From contig NC_009073.1 in NCBI RefSeq assembly GCF_000015805.1, positions 150,001 to 182,000 on the forward strand: DNA of 32,000 nucleotides, in the 5' to 3' direction. Made by a program: the position numbers and the translations under genes. Under the pieces are notes generated by a model. The model saw only the letters and a list, made by a program, of their open reading frames with translations. It searched no databases and had not been told where the DNA came from. This document shows positions 24,174-31,394 of the stretch, piece after piece. The DNA is from Pyrobaculum calidifontis JCM 11548 (lineage in GTDB: Archaea > Thermoproteota > Thermoprotei > Thermoproteales > Thermoproteaceae). How positions within the stretch are numbered: the first letter of the stretch is position 1; every line of letters begins with the position of its first letter.

Positions 24174-24541
24174 GCCCCTCAACGCTAGGCAACAACTGCG
24201 CTTTGTCGCGGCTTGTTAGATGAAGAACACGGGCCTCCTTAGGCGCGTAGCGGCGGCCTCTGCGGGCGAGGAGGCGCCACGTACGGCCGCCATCTGCGGA
24301 AAAGCGACTTCACAGCCTAACGGCTCAGTGGAGACTGTGGCCGACTTGTGGAGGTTTGACGAGCCGTAGCCGCGGAGAAGATCGACATCCCGCGTAGAAG
24401 GTCGTGGAGACTCTTGTCGCTGGGCTTGTTGAGGCGCATCTCTTCGTCTTGTCGTACTCCCCGATGTGGGGGCCGTGGGCGCGTGGATAGCGCAGAGGGC
24501 GGCGGGGGCCATCTATTTAAGCTGGGTAATAACAAGCGTGT

Positions 24542-25639
24542 ATGAAGGTGGCGGTGGTCGGCGGAGGCATCGTCGGCCTCTTCGCGGCGTATTTTCTGAG
24601 GAGGGAGGGCGCCGAGGTCGTGGTGGTGGAGCAGGGCGAGGTGGGCGGGTGGTCTAGGGCGGCGGCGGGCATTCTGGAGTTCACCAGGTTTGTGATCAAT
24701 AGGATCAACGTGCGGTCCTACCCCCTGAACTACTTCAAGATGGCGCTGAGGGGAAACGCAAGGGTGAAGACTTGGGACTGGAGGTGGATCTCCGCTTATC
24801 TAAGGGCCTGGGGGAGGGAGCCGCCGCAGGAGATGTGGGAGGCCGTGAAGGCGCTTGGGGAGTTCTCCCGAAGGCACTACCGGGCCATGGCCGAGGAGCG
24901 CAACGACTTCGACTACGCCGAGGAGCCGCTCTACGAGGTGGGCGTCGACGTGGGGAAGGCGCTGGAGGAGGCCAAGAGGGACCCCCTCGCCCCCCGCGTA
25001 GAGGCGGGGGAGTGCTGCGGCAGAGAGGCCCTGGTCTACCTAGACGCCGCGAAGCTGTCCACAGACGCCTTCGTGGAGAGGATGAAGAGGGAGCTGGAGG
25101 GGGTGGAGTTCGTGAGGGCGAGGGCGGCGGAGGTGGCGGGGGGAGAGGTGTGGCTGGAGGGCGGCGGCGTGGTTAAGGCGGATGCGGTGGTGGTGGCGGC
25201 TGGGTACTGGGCCAGGAGGCTGGGCATACCCGTGGCCCCCTTCAAGGGCTACGGGTTTAGAACCACTGCCAAGGCGGGGAAGATGTTCGTGGACATGTCT
25301 AAGGGAGTGGCCGTGGTCCCCCTATCCAGGTGGACAAAGGTCACCGGGCGCTTTGACTTAGACGGCACGGGGGACCACCGCCCTGCTGAGAGGGTGCTCA
25401 AGAGGGCGAGGGAGGCCTTGGGCGACTTCCAGGCTGTCGACATGGCGGTGGGCTACCGGCCCTGTACCCCAGACGGCTTCCCAGTGGTAGACAGAGTGGG
25501 GTCCGTGGTGGTGGCGACGGGGGCCTGCCGCCTCGGGTGGACCTACGGCCCAGCCCTGGGGAGGCTGGCAGCAGACCTGGCCCTTGGGAAGAGGGGGCTG
25601 GACGCCCTCTCAGCCGCCAGGTTCTTTAGACGCCTGTGA
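24542..25639 (+). CDS. FAD-dependent oxidoreductase (DAO / glycine-D-amino-acid oxidase family)
   Basis: N-terminal dinucleotide fold MKVAVVGGGIVGLFAAYFLRREGAEVVVVE, 365-aa length and a C-terminal G..R.GW..GP block typical of the DAO family. CTATTTAAG lies about 25 nt upstream. Confidence 0.88.
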   Translation: MKVAVVGGGIVGLFAAYFLRREGAEVVVVEQGEVGGWSRAAAGILEFTRFVINRINVRSYPLNYFKMALRGNARVKTWDWRWISAYLRAWGREPPQEMWEAVKALGEFSRRHYRAMAEERNDFDYAEEPLYEVGVDVGKALEEAKRDPLAPRVEAGECCGREALVYLDAAKLSTDAFVERMKRELEGVEFVRARAAEVAGGEVWLEGGGVVKADAVVVAAGYWARRLGIPVAPFKGYGFRTTAKAGKMFVDMSKGVAVVPLSRWTKVTGRFDLDGTGDHRPAERVLKRAREALGDFQAVDMAVGYRPCTPDGFPVVDRVGSVVVATGACRLGWTYGPALGRLAADLALGKRGLDALSAARFFRRL

Positions 25640-26159
25640 GAAGGGCCGAGGCGACTGCCCTCACCAGCGGCACTCTCCCCCAGTTGACCTCCACGCCGTG
25701 CTCCTCTGCGAACTTCTCAAGGGACTTCAAGGCGGGGTCTATTCCAAACCTCGCCGCGGCCAAGGCGAAGCTCCACACGAACCCCGGCAGAGCTGACTCT
25801 GCAAAGAGGCAGCCGCGGCGGGCCTTGAACCACACCTCTTTGACCACCCTGGCCGCGTCCCGGGCCACGATCTTAAAAGTGTCGAAGAGGTAGAAGGCGG
25901 AGAGGAAGTCGGCTGTCTCCCTCGGCGTCTTCACCCTCACAGCGTCGTTAAACCACTGGTTCTGCCACACCGAGGCCTCCACCACCTTGTAGGCCAGCGG
26001 CGTCTCCACGTGTAAGACGAGCGTGGGGTAGCCGTTCCAGTGGTAAACCACCCGCCGGGCGGTTGCCTCGACAGCTTCGCCGCCGATTATGAAGACGAGG
26101 GGTAGGCTCGTGGAAATTTGAGAGGATAGGGAAAAGGGGTCGTCGAATTCTAAAAACAC
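25626..26159 (-). CDS. Hypothetical protein (about 177 aa)
   Basis: ORF directly downstream of the peroxiredoxin gene. I prefer GTG at 26159-26157, which overlaps the peroxiredoxin TAG by 1 nt (TAGTG), over the track's ATG at 26213 lying inside the peroxiredoxin CDS. No family recognised. Confidence 0.58.
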   Translation of the reverse strand: MFLEFDDPFSLSSQISTSLPLVFIIGGEAVEATARRVVYHWNGYPTLVLHVETPLAYKVVEASVWQNQWFNDAVRVKTPRETADFLSAFYLFDTFKIVARDAARVVKEVWFKARRGCLFAESALPGFVWSFALAAARFGIDPALKSLEKFAEEHGVEVNWGRVPLVRAVASALLTGV

Positions 26160-26812
26160 TACGCCTTGACCACCGCCTCGTACTTCTTTGTACAGAACCA
26201 CCAAGTCTTGCACTCGATGCCGGGCTCGGAGAGCCTCTTGGCGGCGTTTTCCACTGTGGCCGGCGGCGGGACTATCACCGGCTCGCCGGGCTTCCAGTCG
26301 GCCGGCGTGGCGACGCCGTACTTGTAGCTGAACTGTATAGCGTCGATTATCCTCAAGATCTCGTCAATGTTGCGGCCGTTGGTGTAGGGATAGGCGGCGA
26401 ACCAGGCCAACTTCAGCTCGGGGTCAATAAGCGCCACGGTCCTCACAGTGAGGTGCTGGCCGGGCGGGATGGCGTTGAAGAGGTTGGCCACCTTCATGTC
26501 CACGTCGGCGATTATGGGGAACGGCACCTTGACGCCCCAGTTCTGCTCAATCTGCCTCTTCCACTCTATGTGGGAATACACGCTGTCCACCGAGAGGCCC
26601 AGCAGCTCCACGCCTCTCTTCTTAAACTCCTCGTACTTCCTCGAGAACGCCACAAACTCCGTTGTACACACCGGCGTGAAGTCCGCCGGGTGGCTGAACA
26701 GCAACAGCCACTTGCCCTTGTAGTCCTTGAAGCACTTTGGCCCATGGTCGGTGTTGAAGCACAGATCCTCAGGTATTTTCATCCCCAGGTATGGACCCTT
26801 TGCCTCTGACAT
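26159..26812 (-). CDS. Peroxiredoxin (archaeal Prx6/1-Cys-like subfamily)
   Basis: WLLLFSHPADFTPVCTTEF contains the peroxidatic Cys motif, followed by LGLSVDSVYSHIEW and RNIDEILRIIDA. The C-terminal extension contains Cys residues. GTTTAAAAATG lies about 25 nt upstream. Confidence 0.95.
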   Translation of the reverse strand: MSEAKGPYLGMKIPEDLCFNTDHGPKCFKDYKGKWLLLFSHPADFTPVCTTEFVAFSRKYEEFKKRGVELLGLSVDSVYSHIEWKRQIEQNWGVKVPFPIIADVDMKVANLFNAIPPGQHLTVRTVALIDPELKLAWFAAYPYTNGRNIDEILRIIDAIQFSYKYGVATPADWKPGEPVIVPPPATVENAAKRLSEPGIECKTWWFCTKKYEAVVKA

Positions 26813-26910
26813 GCCCTCCTTCTAGTCATGCATTTTTAAACATTTCTACCCCGAAAAAATTTCGCAAAATAAAGGCGTGGGGCAAACGCATGTGTACCTG
26901 TATGTGCACA

Positions 26911-27438
26911 TCAGAGACAGACCCTGGCCGTTGGAAGGACGAAGGGGCCGATCCGCTCGTAGCGGCCCTGCAGATACGCCAGCGCCGTCAGCGCCGCCGC
27001 CGCGGCGTCCACCAAGTCCCCGTGCCCAACCCCCAGCCACTCAGCCACGCGGCGCCGGGAGAGGCCCATGGCCCTCAAGCTGGTCAGCGGGTGGACCTCC
27101 ACCACCTCAGCCCCAAGCGCCTGGCTCAGCCTAATGCCCCGCTCAGTCAACAGCCTCATAGGCCCCATAAGCGGCGGCAGAAGCTTGTACCCCCTCCTCC
27201 TCAGCTCCACCTCAACGTCCCGGAGCCCCCTGCCCCCCTCCGGGAGCGAAAGCGGCGCATCTATCGCCACAACCCTCGGCCGCGCCAGAGAGGCCACGCG
27301 CAGGACCTCCCCATCGCCCCCCGCCAGCCCCATGTAAAACACCTCGCACCCCCTCAGAGCCACCACCGCGGTGGGCCTCCTCACCGCCAAGTCGATGCCA
27401 ACGACAGCCACGTTTAAAATTGCTGTCAATTTAAACAT
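26911..27438 (-). CDS. RNase H-fold predicted nuclease-like protein (DUF429/COG2410-like)
   Basis: VVGIDLA...VVAIDAPLSLPEG...RDVEVELRRRGYKLLPP...MRLLTERGIRL...VEVHP follows the pattern I associate with DUF429-type RNase H-like proteins. Assignment is by motif pattern only. Confidence 0.55.
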   Translation of the reverse strand: MFKLTAILNVAVVGIDLAVRRPTAVVALRGCEVFYMGLAGGDGEVLRVASLARPRVVAIDAPLSLPEGGRGLRDVEVELRRRGYKLLPPLMGPMRLLTERGIRLSQALGAEVVEVHPLTSLRAMGLSRRRVAEWLGVGHGDLVDAAAAALTALAYLQGRYERIGPFVLPTARVCL

Positions 27439-28170
27439 ATGCCCACAGCCGTTGTGACCGGGGGCTCCACGGGAATAGGCGCGGCCACGGTAAAGGCCCT
27501 GGCCAAGGCGGGCTACAACGTGGCCTTCACCTACCTACGCAACAGAGACAAGGCGGAGGAGGTGACCAGAGAGGCGGCGTCCCACGGAGTGAGAGTAATC
27601 CACCGCGCCGCCGACGCCACCTCCTGGGAGGAGATGGCACAATTCGCCGAAGAGGTCAAAAGGCAGTTCGGCAGAGTAGACGCCCTCGTCGCCAACGCAG
27701 GCGGCCTGCCAGAAAGGCGCACCCTCGACGAGTCAGCCCTAGACTACTGGCGCCGCGTAGTAGACCTAAACCTCACCAGCGCCTACATAGCCACAAAGCT
27801 CTTCACCCCCCTCATGGAGAAAGGCGTCGTGATATACGTCAGCTCAGTCGCCGCCTACACCGGCGGAGGAAGAGGCGCCTTCGCCTACGCCGCGGCAAAG
27901 GCTGGGTTGCTCGGCCTCACCAGGGCACTCGCAAAAGAGCTCGGCCCCAGAGGCATCAGAGTAGTTGCAGTCCTCCCCGGCCTAATAGACACCCCATTCC
28001 ACCAAAAGGCAGGGACGGGAGACATCCACGCCTGGGCCGCCAACGCGGTGTACCTAAGGAGGGTTGGGACGCCTGAGGAGGTGGCAGAGGTAATAGCCTT
28101 CCTAGCCAGCGAAAAAGCCTCCTACATAAACGGCGCCTTCATAGACGTCAACGGAGGCTGGTACGGGTAA
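27439..28170 (+). CDS. Short-chain dehydrogenase/reductase (FabG-like 3-oxoacyl reductase family)
   Basis: TGGSTGIGAA cofactor loop, the NAGG motif (VANAGG), the catalytic S...YAAAKAG triad region and a PG.I.T motif. Confidence 0.92.
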   Translation: MPTAVVTGGSTGIGAATVKALAKAGYNVAFTYLRNRDKAEEVTREAASHGVRVIHRAADATSWEEMAQFAEEVKRQFGRVDALVANAGGLPERRTLDESALDYWRRVVDLNLTSAYIATKLFTPLMEKGVVIYVSSVAAYTGGGRGAFAYAAAKAGLLGLTRALAKELGPRGIRVVAVLPGLIDTPFHQKAGTGDIHAWAANAVYLRRVGTPEEVAEVIAFLASEKASYINGAFIDVNGGWYG

Positions 28171-28201
28171 AAACTTATAAAACACGGAAAACGAAAGCAC
28201 A

Positions 28202-28311
28202 GCCCCGGTAGTATAGCCCGGACTAGTATGCGGGCCTGACGACATAGTCGGGCCAATCGAGCCCGTGACCCGGGTTCAAAAGGGGGACCCCGGAGAATCC
28301 CGGCCGGGGCG
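28202..28311 (+). tRNA. tRNA-Val (anticodon GAC) with a canonical 37/38 intron and a T-loop intron
   Basis: GCCCCGG TA GTAT AGCCCGGACTA GTAT G CGGGC CTGACG[ACATAGTCGGGCCAATCG]A GCCCG TGAC CCGGG TTCAAA[AGGGGGACCCCGGAGAA]T CCCGG CCGGGGC G. Introns are at 28242-28259 and 28281-28297 (borders +/-1-2 nt). No CCA is encoded. Confidence 0.75.
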
Positions 28312-28358
28312 TGGGGCACCCATATTATTATCAATCTTCCATTTATAATTGAGAGTTT

Positions 28359-30191
28359 TTAGTTTTTTGTAAATGGTGATGCCAAAATTGTTTGATAATG
28401 AATCAGCAAAAGAGCTTTGTGTAGAGGAATGTAAAGTGGGTGAAAAAAGTGGGGGGCTATCCTACGGATTATTTCTACCGACTTTTGTTCGTGTATTCTT
28501 ACCTCCTTTTTCTTGTGTAGTATTGTGGCTCTTATCCCCACTGCCCTTAGCTTGGCCGCTATTTCTTCCACCTTAGACTTGTCGTGTGGAATTATCCTGA
28601 TGTAGAGCCGGCCTCTGTCTGTAGCCGCCACTATTCTCGCCATTTTGGCCACTTCCTCTAACACCCGCCTAACGGCGTCTAAGTCGGGCGTCGGCAACGC
28701 TGGCCTAACTTCTCTCACCGCATCTTTCTCCATGTCGTTGAGGAATCTGACGGTGAAGCCACGCCTCGCCAGCTCCTCAAGCTGGGCGTAGGTGAGTAAC
28801 AACAAGTTCCTCTTGAACCTCTCCTTTATCCCAAGCCGCTCTAGGGCGTTATACAGCTCTACGGCCCTCCCCCTTCCAATCACGAACTCGCCACCGCCAT
28901 TATGTGTAAGCAGATATGTAATGCCGTTGACCTCTACTATAGCGGCCGCTGGGTAGTTTGCCAGCGTCTCAAATAGCCTGGCCGTCTTCTCCAAGGCCGG
29001 CGTAGGCTGAGTTGGCAAAAGCAGGCGCATGTGCCATGTCTGTAGTCTTACGTAGTCTCCGGCGGTTGTTCCGCCGACAGCATCGGCGAGCTCCTCCAGC
29101 AGACTCGTCTCTCCTGCCAGCGTGGCCCTGGGCGTCGTCTTAACGGCTATCCTCACCTCATACGGCAACACGTAGCCGTCGCCGACGACCAACATGTCGA
29201 CCGCGTTGCTAAAGGCAATCCACGCCCCCACATTGCTTACGACGTACATTCTTCCGTCGAGCTTAAACGCATCCTCTCTCAACGCCTTCAACGCGGAGTA
29301 GCCCCGCATTAGCACCTCCTCTGTACTTCCCAACGTTATTCCAAACCAGTCGTAGGCGACAAATAGCGCTTCGTAGGTAGCGCCTGTGGGCCACGCCTCA
29401 ACTGTGGGATTGTCGCCGTGCCTTGTCTTAGTCACCTTGCGAATTCTCAGCGTAAACGCCAGGGGCGCCTTTGGCGTAATCCCCCTCTCCATAGCGTACT
29501 CTGCTAGGGCAATCCAGTCGAACAGTCTCACCGCAACTTGGCCAGGATTACCAGCGGCATGTCCAAGGTTTTTACGCCAATCGTCACTCAACAGCCAGCC
29601 CAAATTCCTAAACAGCACAATCGGTGTCTTGTCTCTTCCGCCCAGTAGTTTAGACGCAGACTTCGGTAGCGGCACCTCAAGCCACAGCCGCTTGTACTCC
29701 TCGTCCACCTCATACGTCTCTACGGGGACGCCAGCCCGCCCAGTCTTCCTCGCCGTTTCTTCCAGCTCCTCCCCCCTCAGCCCATTGCCTATGGGCACAT
29801 CGTCGTAGAAGATGTACAATCTCTTCTCCCACAGCACTATCGTGGCGTATACTGGCTTCTTGAGGTACAGCGTCACTATCTCGTGGTCTGGCCTTGATTT
29901 GTCCGGCCTCGTCACTCCCACTCTATAGCCCTTTTCCAGTCCCTTAATCCCCAGCTCCCGGAACTTACACTCGGCCTCCGCCAGCGCCTTGATGAGATTG
30001 CCGCACAGCGACGCCGTGTCCTCAATGTACTGCCACATCAGCCGTATATCGGCTTCGGCGTAGCCGCACGCGCGGCCGGGGAGGCGGCACTTTCCACTCC
30101 TAAACCTTGCCAACTCGACATAGCGCCTGTACCCCTCCAGCTGGCGTTGACACTCCATTTCCCATATTCCTGGTTCACTTTTGCAAGCCAT
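28359..30191 (-). CDS. Large conserved hypothetical protein, PaREP2-like multi-copy family (paralog 2), with two LAGLIDADG-like motifs
   Basis: Collinear with 9043-10866. ATG at 30191 (MACKSEPGIWEMECQ...) aligns with MSPSKVAGDGWDELC... of paralog 1; the track's start at 30227 is TTG. The last ~31 aa (PHFFHPLYIPLHKALLLIHYQTILASPFTKN) have no counterpart in paralog 1 and look like read-through into flanking DNA. Confidence 0.8.
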   Translation of the reverse strand: MACKSEPGIWEMECQRQLEGYRRYVELARFRSGKCRLPGRACGYAEADIRLMWQYIEDTASLCGNLIKALAEAECKFRELGIKGLEKGYRVGVTRPDKSRPDHEIVTLYLKKPVYATIVLWEKRLYIFYDDVPIGNGLRGEELEETARKTGRAGVPVETYEVDEEYKRLWLEVPLPKSASKLLGGRDKTPIVLFRNLGWLLSDDWRKNLGHAAGNPGQVAVRLFDWIALAEYAMERGITPKAPLAFTLRIRKVTKTRHGDNPTVEAWPTGATYEALFVAYDWFGITLGSTEEVLMRGYSALKALREDAFKLDGRMYVVSNVGAWIAFSNAVDMLVVGDGYVLPYEVRIAVKTTPRATLAGETSLLEELADAVGGTTAGDYVRLQTWHMRLLLPTQPTPALEKTARLFETLANYPAAAIVEVNGITYLLTHNGGGEFVIGRGRAVELYNALERLGIKERFKRNLLLLTYAQLEELARRGFTVRFLNDMEKDAVREVRPALPTPDLDAVRRVLEEVAKMARIVAATDRGRLYIRIIPHDKSKVEEIAAKLRAVGIRATILHKKKEVRIHEQKSVEIIRRIAPHFFHPLYIPLHKALLLIHYQTILASPFTKN

Positions 30192-30490
30192 GCCCCGTCC
30201 AACACACCCCCCATGTTGAACAAACAAAGGCGCACCTCCACTCGGCGCTATCTAAGCGTCTCTGCGCTATGTGTACTTCGTCGCCACCTCAGCCACTTGC
30301 TGGACAGTGCTGTGCCGGACTCCAGCCCTACGAGGTACACCCTCCGTGTGGGAAGCGCCGCGGTGCGCTACTTCCCAGCGGCTAAGGTGGCCATAATCTT
30401 CGCCAAGACGCCCAGCGAGGCAGAGGCCGTAGCCGCGCTGTGTAAGCCACCATAATTCATCCAGAGTAATCCCATATATTGAATATTTTG

Positions 30491-30510
30491 CCTACTTGCA
30501 CGCAAGTAGG
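30491..30510. repeat. Palindrome 1: CCTACTTGC-ac-GCAAGTAGG
   Basis: Perfect 9-bp arms with a 2-nt centre. Confidence 0.9.
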
Positions 30511-30551
30511 GCGGTGTTGCTATGTCGTTTTTACGCGCCGTCGCCCCCTTC

Positions 30552-30574
30552 GCCTACTTGCATCGCAAGTAGGC
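30552..30574. repeat. Palindrome 2: GCCTACTTGC-atc-GCAAGTAGGC
   Basis: Perfect 10-bp arms with a 3-nt centre, using the same half-site as palindrome 1. Confidence 0.9.
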
Positions 30575-30605
30575 AAGGCGCCTCCCCCACCAAGAAAAAC
30601 GGCGA

Positions 30606-30625
30606 CCTACTTGCAAACAAGTAGG
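30606..30625. repeat. Palindrome 3: CCTACTTG-caaa-CAAGTAGG
   Basis: Perfect 8-bp arms with a 4-nt centre, using the same half-site. Confidence 0.9.
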
Positions 30626-30663
30626 CAACTCGTTCAATATAAGGGGGTTGGGCCTGGCGGGCC

Positions 30664-30852
30664 GTGGATCACTCGGCCGACGTGGCTAGGGCTGTGGCGG
30701 CCGGCGTCTTGGGGGTGTACATTGTGTGGAGGGCGGCGTCGGTGCTCATGGGCCGGGAGCATCTGGGCGCGGCGGGGGCGAGGTGGTTGAGGAGTTTCTT
30801 GCGTGGACCGTGGTCTTCGCCGCGGTTACGCAGTAGTTGCCCAGCGGCTTAG
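30664..30852 (+). CDS. Small hypothetical protein (62 aa), possible single-TM peptide
   Basis: GTG start about 24 nt downstream of the right TATA-like box. G/C-rich third positions. Hydrophobic core VARAVAAGVLGVYIVWRAASVLM. Weak evidence. Confidence 0.3.
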   Translation: MDHSADVARAVAAGVLGVYIVWRAASVLMGREHLGAAGARWLRSFLRGPWSSPRLRSSCPAA

Positions 30853-30896
30853 GACGTGGGAAGAAGAACTTGACGGTGGCTAGTCGGGAGCCGCAT

Positions 30897-31208
30897 GTGG
30901 AGGCGGCTGAGCGTGAGCTGACTCATAGGCTGTACTCTCTGGGCATCGACGTTGAGCCCTCCGTGTTGGCCGCCTACGTGGAGAGGTACGGCGAAAAGGC
31001 TTTCAACGCCGTGGTGAGAGATGTGGCCAAGGCCCTTGCCGCCTCGTACCGTGTGCCATACGCCGCCGGCGAGGCGGAGGAGTTGATGAAGGAAGTATGT
31101 CCTAGAACAAGCGTCAGCCGCCCTCAGGGCGGCAAAGGAGGCGGCGGCCAGGGGAGAAGACGTGAGAGAAGTCTTAAGGCACATTCTACAACAATAGGCT
31201 ATACGTAA
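30897..31208 (+). CDS. Hypothetical protein (about 103 aa) with a basic Gly/Arg-rich tail
   Basis: The part of track ORF 30837-31208 from the in-frame GTG 30897 reads VEAAERELTHRLYSLGIDVEPSVLAAYVERYGEKAFNAVVRDVAKALAASY...EELMKE and looks like a genuine helical protein. It is followed by GGKGGGGQGRRRER. A hairpin plus T-run (31209-31231) follows the stop. Confidence 0.42.
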   Translation: MEAAERELTHRLYSLGIDVEPSVLAAYVERYGEKAFNAVVRDVAKALAASYRVPYAAGEAEELMKEVCPRTSVSRPQGGKGGGGQGRRRERSLKAHSTTIGYT

Positions 31209-31345
31209 GACGGCGTTTTTAAACCGTCGTCTGCTATATGGCGGCATGTGTCTGCGCTTCAGCAAGGAAGTTGGCTAAATTCTACATGGGGCTGACTGCA
31301 AAGGAAACGTCCTTGCTTCCTTGGGAAAACTCATCGGGGGAGGGG

Positions 31346-31394
31346 ATGATGAGAGGGAACTCAGGGGACAGATGCCCGCCACCTGGCTCACTGA
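31346..31394 (+). ncRNA. Candidate C/D-box sRNA (weak)
   Basis: ATGATGA (31346-31352) and CTGA (31391-31394) are spaced to give a 49-nt unit. They are flanked directly by GGG/CCC and further by GGGGAGGGG / CCCCTCCCC complementary runs. Internal C'/D' boxes are poor (CAGATGC, GGGA). Confidence 0.25.

Larger units (their letters stand above)
30473..30643. promoter_or_regulatory. Mirror-symmetric divergent promoter/operator module: TATA-like inverted repeats enclosing three palindromes
   Basis: CATATATTGAA (30473-30483) and TTCAATATAAG (30633-30643) are inverted repeats (10/11; the 9-nt core is perfect). Each lies exactly 7 nt outside a terminal palindrome. GTG at 30664 is about 24 nt beyond the right box and ATG at 30460 (minus) is about 20 nt beyond the left box, which fits leaderless divergent transcription. 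Confidence 0.6.

Noticed and set aside
24174-24541. Identification of the ORF-poor GC-rich gap as SRP RNA or RNase P RNA
   Set aside because: I could not find the conserved SRP helix-8 motif or the RNase P CR-I/CR-IV/CR-V blocks on either strand. It is kept only as an unassigned ncRNA or decayed-gene candidate.
26898-26907. Perfect 10-nt palindrome ATGTGCACAT just past the 3' end of the RNase H-fold gene
   Set aside because: It is a single short palindrome in a 98-bp intergenic region. It could be a terminator element or chance, and nothing else supports a function.
30147-30455. 102-aa + strand ORF upstream of and overlapping the start of PaREP2-like paralog 2
   Set aside because: Its 5' third is antisense to the paralog 2 coding sequence. 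There is no plausible start codon or promoter for the coding-looking 3' part. The opposite strand also yields a plausible 30-aa ORF. The evidence cannot discriminate, so it is not called.
30491-30625. Three regularly spaced repeats that could be a mini-CRISPR array
   Set aside because: There are only three units. The repeats are themselves perfect palindromes with variable centres (2, 3 and 4 nt) and variable arm length. Spacing is uneven (62 and 53 nt). No cas genes or leader are present. The unit is bounded by symmetric TATA-like inverted repeats. An operator/iteron or MITE reading fits better.
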